Origin: Octopus vulgaris
Lineage: Eukaryota
Assembly (NCBI GenBank): GCA_951406725.2
Contig: OX597817.1
Span: 58,776,001-58,840,000, forward strand
Direction of reading: 5' to 3'
Length of the DNA: 64,000 nucleotides
Below the pieces are notes generated by a model. It saw nothing but the letters and a program-made list of their open reading frames with translations. It was not told where the DNA came from and made no database searches. Positions within the stretch are counted from its first letter, which is position 1, and the number at the start of each line of letters is the position of its first letter. The position numbers and the translations under genes were made by a program. Positions 39,219 to 51,037 of the stretch are shown piece by piece.

Positions 39219-39314
39219 TTCAAGAGAAATCTTCTGAAGATTTCTCTTGAACATCAGTCTCTCCTTCTATATAATAAATTAATTTTACTCTGCTATGTAT
39301 TGAGTACACACACA

Positions 39315-39345
<31 letters not shown>

Positions 39346-39532
39346 TATATATATATATGTATTCTTTTATTCTTTCATTCTTTTACTTGTTTCAGTCATT
39401 TGACTGCGGCCATGCTGGAGCACCACCTTCAGTCAAGCAAATCGACCCCAGGATTTATTGGGATCGATTATGGGGATGTAAACACACCAGCATCGGTTGT
39501 TAAGCGATGTTGCGGGGGGGGGGACAAACACA

Positions 39533-39565
<33 letters not shown>

Positions 39566-39924
39566 TCTCTCTATATAAACGGCAGTTTGTCTGTGCGTGT
39601 TTCTGTGTGTCTGTTTTTACCTCACTCTGACCACGGCTTTCAACCGATTCTGATGAAACTTGACACACATAGCCCAATGTCATAATTCAAAACTAACGCA
39701 ACGAAAATTTTGAAAAGTTCTCCCAGTTCTGAAAAAATCGATAAATTGACATGTGAGAATCAGAAACACAAACAACACACCATCTAGGGGCCAACTCCAC
39801 CTTCTTTAACTCTCAAAAAAAATTTACCATCATTTTTTCCATTTTTGCTATTTTTGGCTATAACTCTCTAAAATGCTTTATAGTTATTTCCTACAAACCT
39901 GAGCAACGCCGGCGATACTGCTAG
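39566..39924 (+). mobile_element. Non-autonomous Helitron inside a family A SINE
   Basis: 5' TCTCTCTATATAAA with GTCTGT repeats; subterminal hairpin CCTGAGCAACGCCGG; terminal CTAG followed by T; no TSD. Confidence 0.85.
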
Positions 39925-40660
39925 TATATATATATATATACATACATACATATATATATGACAGGCTTCTTTCAGTTTCCGTCTACCAAATCGACTCACA
40001 AGGCTTTGGTCGGCCCAAGGCTATAGCAGGAGATACTTGCCCAAGGTGTCACGCAGTGGGACTGAACCCGGAACCATGTGATTGGTAAGCAAACTACTTA
40101 CCACATAGCCACTCCTGTACACACACACACATATATATATATGGAGAGAGAGAGAGAGTGAGAGTAGATTTATTTCCTATTTATGTACCTCTAGATTTTT
40201 TTTTGTGAAGAAATCCATTTCTAGTGGAAGCCACAAAACCATGGTGTCCTATTTGTTTTGTTTTGTTTTTTTTTGTATGTGTGTTTTTAGATTTATTAAG
40301 GAAGCTCTCGAACCTTTGTAATATAAAATATTGTATTCGTATAAAAGAAGGAAATATATAATTAAAGAATATGAATTCAATATCTGAACCCTTTTCATAC
40401 CAATTTACCAGTATCATCATCATGAACAGCAACATTTTAAGATCTTTTTCATGTTTGCACGGGTTAGATGGAGCTTATTATTCAGGTAGATTTTCTACAG
40501 TTGGATGCCCTTCTTGTTGCCAACCCTCACCTCTTTCCAAGCCAGGTAATATTTCCTCATGACAGAATACTGGGAATGGATGACAGTGTTCCTATGACAA
40601 GTGGCTCTCATTTATAACTATCACACAAGGCAAGGAGACACACACACACACAGTCACACA

Positions 40661-40691
<31 letters not shown>

Positions 40692-41108
40692 GACAAGCTT
40701 ATTTCAGTTTCTGTTTACCGAATCCCCTCACAAGGCTTTGGTTAGCCCAGGCTGGAGTAGAAGACACTCGTCCACGGTACCATGCAGTGGGACTGAACTT
40801 GAAACCACATGGCTGTTTTTGGGGGGGTTTTTTAATGTTCATATTTTAATTAAAAACCTTCTTTGTAATTATCGTTATAGACATGATGGCTGTGTGGTTA
40901 AGAAATCCATCCCCTAACCACATAGACTCAAGACCAGTTCCACTATATTTAACAATTACATTCTACTATGGCCTTGTACAGTCGAGGCACCATGGTTTAA
41001 CGGTTCAGAATGCCCAAAAGAAATGTTCTGGAAGATTGCAGACATCAACAAGCTCCATAAAGCAAGAAAGGGTTCAAGGAACACATTGTCAGAGTTCAAG
41101 AAATTCTT

Positions 41109-41293
41109 ATTTCTTTATTGCCCACAAGGGACTAAACATAGAGGGGACAAACAAGGACAGACAAATGGATCAAGTCGATTATATCGACCCCAGTGCATAA
41201 CTGTACTTAATTTATCGACCCCGAAAGGATGAAAGGCAAAATACGGCTACGCATTTCGCCTGCTGTGCTAACGTTTCTGCCAGCTCGCCGCCT
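41109..41293 (-). mobile_element. SINE family B with internal deletion
   Basis: 20-bp TSD TCAGAGTTCAAGAAATTCTT. Confidence 0.9.
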
Positions 41294-42236
41294 TCAGAGT
41301 TCAAGAAATTCTTTGTAGCAAGCAAGAAAGGAATTTCAAAATCAAATGCTGTCATTGGAAAAGTTACACTCCAAGAAGAGTCCTGGCTCTCAGTGAAGCT
41401 GATCCAGACCAAAGAGTGGAGTTTTGAAAATGGTGCACCATTCTGATAATGAAAAACATGCTTATTTGACTAAAAATTTCTCAAGCAGGTTGATTATTTT
41501 CAAAATTAATTGGAAAACATGATTTGCTTTATTAGAAATATGGTGACAAAAAGGTTAAAGCATAAGAATCAAAGATCTTCCCCTGCTCATTCAAAGAACT
41601 TCACTTTCTCTAACAGGCAAGTCTTTTACTCTTTATAGAACCATATCAATGCCATCTCATTCCCATTTCTAAAAGTTCCATTTACTTAGTCACACACATA
41701 CTTTTTTTTCCTATTATGTGTTTGTGTTTTCTTTTAATAATTTATTTTAGTGAAGTGTGTCACATATTTCCACCATTAAATACATGCATAATACACACAC
41801 ATGTGCTACCTTATACACACACATGTACTACATTCATACGAGGACACTATTGATAAGACAGCATTAAAGTACTTAGATGAAATGGCTTACATTAAAATTA
41901 AAATTCTCAACAGGGTTATGTCTAAGGAGACCCAAATTAATTTTGCTGACACAGGAAAAAAATCTTCCGTTACTTGGTGTGCTAGCATTGCCAAAATTGT
42001 AACTCAAAGTGATTTTAACACTTTTTTACAAGTTTCAGTTGTTTTCTGGGGTCAGATTAGAACAATGACTTTAAAAGGAAAGTGCAAATAATTATTTTTT
42101 TTAAGTATGCTCCAAGTAAGGACTGAACCCACAACCTTCTGATTACTCTATGGTTAGATTTGACTATGGGACTAACATACTACTTACTGACACCATTACA
42201 ATCTATGGATGTAGTTCATACAGAAAAGTGACGTTT

Positions 42237-42404
42237 ATTCAAGCTAAACTCATTCAAGCTAAGCTCATTCAAACTAAACTCGTTCAAGCTAAACTCACTC
42301 AAACTACACTCACTCAAGCTAAACTCACTCAAGCTACACTCATTCAAGCTACACTTATTCAAGCTACACTCATTCAAGCTACACTCATTCAAGCTACACT
42401 CATT
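42237..42404. repeat. 15-bp minisatellite ATTCAAGCTAMACTC, about 11 copies
   Basis: Tandem units seen directly. Confidence 0.95.
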
Positions 42405-42651
42405 GCATTTTCATAGTCTTTACAATAATTTAGTACCAATTTCACTTGTCCTCACAGAGTTGGCAGCATTCATTCTCAAGAAATGACCATTCCAACAAAG
42501 TTTTCCACCATCGCACCTCCTCATAAACAACATCAAGTTTCTTCTTTAATTCTCCAAATACCAGAATACAAAGCAAATTTACAGCTCTGCTCAAAACAAT
42601 GATCTCATCTAGAAATCGAATTCAACCTTATCTTTGGCACAGATTCTATTA

Positions 42652-42682
<31 letters not shown>

Positions 42683-43487
42683 TACACACATAATCATCAT
42701 CATTTTAACATCCACTTTTTCATGCTTGCATGGGTCAGACGGAATTTGTTGAGGCAGATTTTCTTCAGCCAAATACCCATCCTGCCACCACCCTTTACCT
42801 GTTTCCAAGCCAATAATCGGCCAGTCATACCATGTCAGGACAAGGATCAGAGAAAAGTGGTTACATGCAAAGAATGGTTTGTTATAAATTTAATTGGTTT
42901 ACTACTAGACTTGATTACTAATTTGGATTTAAAGATAAAATGTTTTTATTTTTATGTAAGGGTTCTTAGAGACTTTTTGGCAGGGGCTGGTTTAAGATTT
43001 GAATGAAAAGGGAATTTTTACAATAATTCTGAATAAATCTAAAAAACTCAGTGATGCTTTTTCAGTATGATAATCTAGATCATTAGACTAACAATCAAGC
43101 CATGACCATCTCATCTAGCTTTTGGCATATTATAATCAGGATTATTTCCTCTAATATTTTCCTCCATTTTAAAGATAGCAGAGCAGATTTTCGAAGGTGA
43201 TGAGGCTGCCAGTCACATCGAAGGAGGTAAGGTGACTGCAGGTAGGCTCCTCCCGGCAAATGTCACATTCTGAACGAGGCCACTTTGTTCACCACAGTTT
43301 TGGCCACTCTCATCATCAACAAGCATTCACTGTACACAGGCATGGCCATGTGGTAAGATTTCATTTCTCAGCCACATGGTTTTGGGTTCAGTTGTGTGGC
43401 ACTTTGGGTGGGTGTCATCTACTATAACCCCAGGCTGACCCAAACCTTGTAAGTACAAAACTAAAAGCTCATTGTGTGTGTATTTGT

Positions 43488-43781
43488 TCCTTCTCGAGCC
43501 ACACCTGGCTCATAAGGGCCGGCTTCCCGGTTTCCTTGGCGTATAAGTTCCCTACCTGGACGGGATGCCGGTCCGTCGCAAGTGAGTTACAAGATGCAGG
43601 AGGAAAGAGTGAGAAAAAGTTGTGGCGAAAGAGTCAGCAGAAGTTCACCATTACCTTCTGCCAGAGCCACGTGGAGCTTAGGTGTTTCACTCATAAACAT
43701 ACACATCACCTGGTCTGAGATTCGAACCCACGATCCCTCGACCGCGAGTCTGCTGCTCTAACCACTAGGCCATATGCCTCC
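43488..43781 (-). mobile_element. tRNA-derived SINE with V-SINE-like motif
   Basis: Minus-strand head TGGCCTAGTGG/GGTTCGAATC and GCGACGGACCGGCATCCCGTCCAGG; a related degenerate copy lies near 61040-61230. Confidence 0.8.
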
Positions 43782-44903
43782 ACTATTGTGTGTGAGTGTG
43801 TGTGTGCATGCAAGTGTGTGAGTGAGAGAGTGTATTTGTGTGTGTGTATGTTGCTGTTTTATCTTGACTTTGCACAATAGTTGTAAACGAGTTTCAATGT
43901 CGTGCAAGCAGTGCCCTTTATTTCCAATCTTCATGAAATCATGTTTGGTCACTGGGTAATAATATTCCTTAACTTGGAAACAGGCAAGTGTTGGCAACAG
44001 GACAGATATCTAGCCACAGAAAATTCTGTTCCACCCATGAAAGCATAGAAAAATAAACATTGAAACGATGACGAGAACATGTCCAGGCTGTCTCACTGCA
44101 TGATGGCGGCCACAGTATGTTCTCAGTTACACAAGAACAACAACACAATGAAGCTAATTTACATATAAGAAATCAGAGGTGAGAAATATTCTGATTTGCA
44201 ATTTAACGTATACTGATTACATTAACTAGCATACCTTAATTAAGGTAATATTATCAAGAGACAGAGAATAATGTTGGAGAGAAAATCCACATTGTGGACT
44301 TGTGTTTCAAACCCCTTTCATGGCGTCAGTTCTCAATATTCGTAATAACGTTCAAGGCAAAGTCATTCTCCTTCAATTATCAAAGTTGTTACATTCAATG
44401 CCAATTCTATTTATCTATTTCCTTTAACATAGAATGTCATTTACCGTTTATTGATTTTGGTATTAATTTCTATGGATACCAACATGTGGAAGTGAAATGA
44501 CCCGTTCCTTAGCTGAGTCCGTTGAAGCCAAATATTCCTCGACAGCAAAGAAATGTTTAATATATTTTCAGCCTTCAGCAGAATCAAACACGAAAATAAC
44601 ATTTTTCTTTATGCATGCACGCACACATGCACACACACACACACACACACACACAGACAACTATATGTGTGCCACATTCATTTTTACACAAAGTAATTTC
44701 TCATTCCACCTTAGTAATCACTTTTAAGAAGTATTCTTTAATCTCAAATTTATTTTTTTCTTCTCAGTACACATGCAACAACAACAACAACAAAAAACAA
44801 TTTATAAAAGTCTACAGATAATATTTTATAGATATATTGTTGATGTGAGTCTTTGAGAGATCAATGCTTGAATATGATAATATATAAAACAGGTAAGAAC
44901 TAT

Positions 44904-45137
44904 TAAGGCGGCGAGCTGGCAGAAACGTTAGCACGCTGGGCAAACTGCTTTGTGGTATTTTGTCAGCCGCTGCGTTCTGAGTTCAAATTCCGCCGAGGTT
45001 GACTTTGCTTTTCATCCTTTCGGGGTCGATTAAATAAGTACCAGTTACACACTGGAGTCAATGTAATCGACTTAATCCATTTGTCTGTCCTTGTTTGTCC
45101 TCTCTGTGTTTAGCCCCTTGTGAGTAGTAAAGAAATA
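44904..45137 (+). mobile_element. Full-length SINE family B
   Basis: 13-bp TSD AGGTAAGAACTAT; B-box GAGTTCAAATTCC. Confidence 0.95.
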
Positions 45138-46670
45138 GGTAAGAACTATCAAGAATGGCTGATCAAATCTGTCACACTGTCTCACAACACCATTAGACCA
45201 TTGGGTTATCTTCAGCAGATATCACATTCTATAAAGCATTTGGACCAGGCCTCTCTTATACAAGAACAGCTACCAATATATTTGGGGGTAGTCTATAACA
45301 GCAGCAACCTAAGAGCGATGGTTTCTCCCTCTCTTTTTCTCTCGAACCAGTCTTGGAGTCAATCTCCTCTTGCCTTCTTCCTTCACATCAATCTTCAAGA
45401 AATTGGTCTTCCTTCTTCCTCACACCAATCTTGAAATCAATGGCTTTTCCTGTCTCCTCTTCACACACTCACACGCACACACACATTGACCTTGAAGTCA
45501 TTTCTTCCTTTTTCTAGCCCCACCCTATTCTCAAAGACATTGCTCTTCCTCCAAACACTAAACCACATCAAATGTTGGTTTCAAATTTTGGCACAAGGGC
45601 AGAAATTTCAGGGAAGGGGATAAGTTGATTACAATGACCCCAATGCATAACTGGTACCTATTTTATCAACCCTGAAGGGATGAAAGGCAAAGCAGACCTC
45701 AGCAGAATTTGAACTCAGGACATAAGGGTGAGCAAAATACCACTAAACATTCTGCCTGGTATTTATTTTTATTTTATCTTATTTTATCTAGTTTCAGCTC
45801 ACGAGCTGTGGCCATGCTGGGGCACCAATGATTCTGGCAGCTCACCCCTCACCCCTTAATCATATCAGATAATACAAAAATATGTGTGATTTGGTTGACG
45901 CAACACAGAAATGTTTACAGAACATCTAAAAAGAAAAAAACAGATATTGTGATACATCACAATATTCGGTATTATTTAAATGTAATTCTGTTTTGGTGCA
46001 AAAGCAGAAATACTATACAAATAGTGAAAGGAAATATTACAATGGTTATTGGAAGACAGTTATAAAATTTAAAGTCAGTTGTTTAAATTTCGGTAAAATA
46101 AACTTTATTTATCAATAATGATGTGCATTTGTATTTTTTACCCACAAAATTGCTTTTGATAAACAAATAGTTTATAAAACATAACAGTGGAGGATAATAC
46201 AATTTAGTTGTCATGTCTAGGTGCAGACATGGCTGTGTAGTTAAGAAGCTGGCTTCCCAACCATGTGGCCCTGGGGCCCTGCCTTTCTCTCTTCACTGTA
46301 AGATTACAGAAAAGAAAGGCGAAACCTCACATTCAAATAAATATACTCCAACATATGCATTGAGTACATTTCCTTCCACTTACAGATTTAAATGTACATG
46401 TACTTGTGTGTGTGTGTGTGTATGCATTATATATGTAAAGTGGTTGGCATTTGGAAGGGCATCCAGCCATAGAAACCATGCCAAAGCAGAGCTTGGCACA
46501 ATCTTCTGACTTGCCAGCTCTTGTCAAACTGTCCAACCCATGCCAGCAGGGAAAGCAAATGTTAAATGATGATGGTTGTGTATATATTATGGTAAACCCA
46601 GCCTCTATTTTCAGGGTGGAGAGAGAGACAGAGGGTAGATTTATGGTAACATTTATATGCATCCACTAGA

Positions 46671-46990
46671 GGAGACCTCCTTCAGTCATGACTGACCATG
46701 GGATTGCACCTAGAAAGTTACCTGCCAAGGCACAAGTCCGGGCAATGTTGTTTATGGAAGGCCAGCAGTCACCCATGCATACCAGCCTCCTCTCTCCATG
46801 CCACCAATGTTATCCAAGGGAAAGGCAAAGGGATCAATACAGCTTGGCACCAGTGACATTGCAACTCATTTCTACAGCTGAGTGAACTGGAGCAACATGA
46901 AATAAAGTGTCTTGCTCAAGAACACAACACGCAGTCCAGTCCAGGATTCAAACTCACAACCTAAAGATCGTAAGCTTGATGCTCTAACCT
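46671..46990 (-). mobile_element. SINE family E
   Basis: Reverse complement of 34925-35260. Confidence 0.9.
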
Positions 46991-47301
46991 CAACAGGCGT
47001 TAGTGTGTTTATGGCCACAGTCTAATGACTGGAAGATAACAGATACAAAGAAGGCTTCTTTTAGTTTCCATCTGCCAAATCCATTCAGAGGTGTTTGGTT
47101 GGCATGGGGCTATAGGAGAAGACACTTTCCCCAAGGGCCACATAGGAGGATTGAACCCGAGACTACATGGTTGGGAAGCAAACTTTGTACCTAAACAGAC
47201 ATACTTATTCAAAAGAGAGAGAGACAGACATACAGAGACAGAGAGACAGACAGAGAGACAGAGACAGACAGAGAGAGGCAGAGACAAAGTGACAGAGACA
47301 G

Positions 47302-47333
<32 letters not shown>

Positions 47334-48391
47334 TCATCATCATCATTTAATGTCCGCTTTCCCTGTTGGCATGGGTTGGACGGTTTGACTGAGGAGCAGT
47401 GAGCCGGAAGGCTGCACCAGGCTCTAATCTGATCTGGCAAATGCATGTTCGTAGATGCTCACAAGTTAAAGAGAGAGACTATTTACATTATGTCTGTGAA
47501 ACAACAATCTATGAACCTGATTATATTTTATAAGAGAAGATCTGAATGAAAAATTTAAAGCCCACACAAATCATGGAGATTACCTATTAATAGTGAACGG
47601 TAATTGAAATAAAGTGTAATTAATATCACACAATGGATTTATGTTAATGATTAGGAGATAATATAACCTCGTTATACTTGATAACAGAAATTTATCTAAA
47701 ACTATGTAATAAATTATATACGACGATAATATATGAGTTATCTCATAACCAATGGATATCATAAACACCACTAGCAGACTAAATATCACACATACACATA
47801 TATATACACACACACACATATGGGAATATGTACATACACAATATATATAGCAATGCTATGTGGTTAAGAAGCTTGCTTCTAAACCATGTAATCTTGGGTT
47901 CAACCCCACTGCGTGGCACCTTGGGCAAGTGTCTTCTACTATAACTCCAGGCTGACCAATGCCTTGTGAGTGAATTTGATAACAGAAATAGGTTAAGTTT
48001 TATTTGTTTTGAATTTGCTTCAGTTAGTGGTCTATGTTTATGGTGGTGAATGGAGGTGGGGGGTGCTAAGAATGTGACCAGGGTACCAAGGGGGTGGCAG
48101 CCCGAAAATGTTTGGGAACGACTGCTTAAGAAGGAGACTATATGACTATTGAATGATGCTTTGTACACAATGAAATGCAATGGACAGGGTACCTTGTGGG
48201 TATGCCAGAAGCCAGGCCATCTGTGCTGATATTTCATGGATGAGGAGTTACAATTTGGGAACCAGCCACAAAATAGAAGTCAAAAAAGAAATGGTAGAAG
48301 GACTGTAACCGTGATGACTTAGTGGAATTGAAAAAATAAATGTAAAAATTCTGGGAAGAGAGAAAAGTGGGTGATAGAAATATACATAGAC

Positions 48392-48770
48392 AGGCGTAGG
48401 AGTAGCTGTGTGGTAAGTAGCTTGCTTACCAACCACATGATTCTGGGTTCATTCCCACTGCATGACACCTTGGGCAAGTGTCTTCTATTATAGCCTCGGG
48501 CCAACCAAAGCCTTGTGACTGGATTTGGTAGACGGAAACTGAAAAAAGCCCGTCGTATATATGTGTATATGTGTGTGTGTGTTTGTCCCCCCAACATCAC
48601 TTGACAACCGAAGCTGGTGTGTTTGCATCCCCGTAACTTAGCAGTTTGGCAAAAGAGACCAATAGAATAAGTACTAGGCTTACAAAGAATAAGTCCTGGG
48701 GTCGATTTGCTCAACTAAAGGCTGTGTTCTAGTATGGCCGCAGTCAAATGACTGAAACAAATAAAAGAGT
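48392..48770 (+). mobile_element. Full-length CORE-like SINE family A
   Basis: Colinear with 18958-19370. Confidence 0.95.
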
Positions 48771-49777
48771 ATAGACATATTTATATATACCCAGGTATGT
48801 CTCATTCCCTGGGTAGTTCACGCAACTATTACAAATTCTGATGCTGGCAATAACAGTAATTAATACATCAACCATACCTCCCCATAATACTTATTTGCTA
48901 TCTCAACTACCAGGCTATCAAAAGAAATTCTATGTGAGCGTTTGAAGTGTTAGAAAGAACAGTTAAATCTCTCTAAATTACACTCTACCAGTCTAAATGG
49001 ATGAGGAAAAATACATAGAAAACATAGTCTAGGAATAAAAACAACATAATCTGCTACTGTATAGTCTGGAGTCTAAATAGATCTAATGTTGTACACTCAG
49101 GTGCAGAACATAACAACAGCACCTGGCATAAAGTACAATATGTACAGTAAACATTGCATCCTGTATTTGCCAGCTGTAATCCTCTTCAATTAATTAAAAT
49201 CGTTAGAAACTGTCTGCTCTGATTTGTTTCATATGAAATAATCACAACATTGCAAACATGGTCCTCAGTTTCAGAGTCAAAGAGTACAAGTTTAATCTAA
49301 GGGAGCCAGTGAGTACTTGAAGCTTCAAAGTACTTAAAGACATAAAGAGAGACCATGACACATGTTGCAGTGTCATGATGTGACTCCTTAGGGGCAAGTG
49401 TTGTCCCTTATTGCTTTAGGTTTTCCAATACCTTGTGAGTAGAATTTAGTAACTAAAACCTATGTAGAGGCTCATCATGTGTGTGTGTTTATATATTCCA
49501 CCATTGGTCACCATTGTAATGTTCACCTCTCCATGCTTGCATGGGTCGGGTGGAATTTGTTGGGGGCAGATTTTCTACAACTGGGTGCCTTTCCTGACAC
49601 CAACATTCAGCTGTTTCCAAGCAAGGTGATATTTTCCCATGGCCAGACATATTTCCACAGAAGATGGGAAACGATCAGCATCAGTTATTTGACGGCAATG
49701 CTTGTCTACAACTATCATGTAATGTCAAGACATGAATACACACGGAAGATGTGTGTGTACTTATATATATATATATA

Positions 49778-49930
49778 GGGAGATTTTACGAAAAAAACAA
49801 AAGACGAAGACAGGTGGTGTACAAAACAAACAGATGTATTAGTATAACGCTCAGGAAATAGAAAAAGTCTTTTACGTTTCAAGCCTACGCTCTTCTACAG
49901 AAAGTGACACAGAAAAAACAAGGAGAGAAA
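49778..49930 (-). mobile_element. Penelope-like pseudo-LTR
   Basis: ~150-bp insert between (TA)n runs carrying a hammerhead motif. Confidence 0.75.
49869..49904 (-). ncRNA. Minimal type I hammerhead motif with variant core
   Basis: CTTT-CTGTAGA-A-GAGC-GTAG-GCTT-GAAA-CGTA-AAAG. Confidence 0.7.
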
Positions 49931-49933
49931 ATA

Positions 49934-49993
<60 letters not shown>

Positions 49994-50379
49994 GAGTATC
50001 AAGACTTGTACATCCACAACATTTTCATATGCAACAATGAGTAGTTGGTGCAGTGGAGACACGTGTCGGTCATTATAATATGCTGTATATATTGGTATAA
50101 AATAAATTCTGAGGATGTACATGTCTCCATACTGTTTATTGTTAATAATATTAATAATATTAATGTGCACTCAGACAATTTTTATCACCTAGCGAAGAGT
50201 GCACGGAATAACCAATCAGAAGAATTTACGGAGCAACCAACAACTAAATGTAGTCACAGACATTAAATATTGATCGTTGTGGTTAGCCATTAACAGGAAC
50301 CTAACTGAGAGCTAATACAATATCTACCCAGATAATATATCCCTCCAAACTCATGGAAATTGTAGTTGTGATACCTGTG

Positions 50380-50689
50380 CTGGTGGCACGTAAAAAGCAC
50401 CATCCGAACGTGGCCGATGCCAGCGCCACCTTGACTGGGTTCCGTGCCAGTGGCATATAAAAAGCACCAACTGATCGTGGCCATTGCCAGCCTCTCCTGG
50501 CACCTGTGCCGGTGGCATGTAAAAAACACCCACTACACTCACACAGTGGTTGGTGTTAGGAAGGGCATCCAACTGTAGAAACACTGCCAGATCAGACTGG
50601 AGCCTGGTACAGCCTTCTGGCTTCCCAGACCCCGGTCGAACCGTCCAATCCATGCCAGCATGGAAAACGGACGTTAAACGATGATGTTG
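50380..50689 (+). mobile_element. SINE family C
   Basis: Colinear with 58100-58402. Confidence 0.9.
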
Positions 50690-50720
<31 letters not shown>

Positions 50721-50731
50721 CACACACATAC

Positions 50732-50997
50732 ATATGGTGGCTGTCTGCTCCTTGCACAGCTCATCCTCTCCTATTACCTATAATTACTCCTTTCTATGTG
50801 AAATCTTAAATGACCCTTTGAACCCTGAAAAGTATGTGAAGAGCTGATCACATGTAGTGCAGCAATATCTCATTTCAGCATTGGCTCCATTTTCCACTTG
50901 TTTATTATGGATATTCAAGTGGCATGTCAATCCTCCATGTGACTTGCAGGCATTTTGACAGACATTGCATTGAAACTGGTCGTCCAGAATGAAATTC

Positions 50998-51000
<3 letters not shown>
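50732..51000 (-). pseudogene. Two C2H2 zinc fingers, probably the 3' end of an RTE-type LINE
   Basis: CNVC-x12-HLNIH is intact; CTTC-x12-HLRFH appears after a 1-nt frameshift; short UTR and microsatellite tail; no TGEKP linker. Confidence 0.6.

Positions 51001-51037
<37 letters not shown>

Noticed and set aside
42110-42150. tRNA gene on the minus strand
   Set aside because: Only the anticodon-to-T-arm half is present, so it is a relic.
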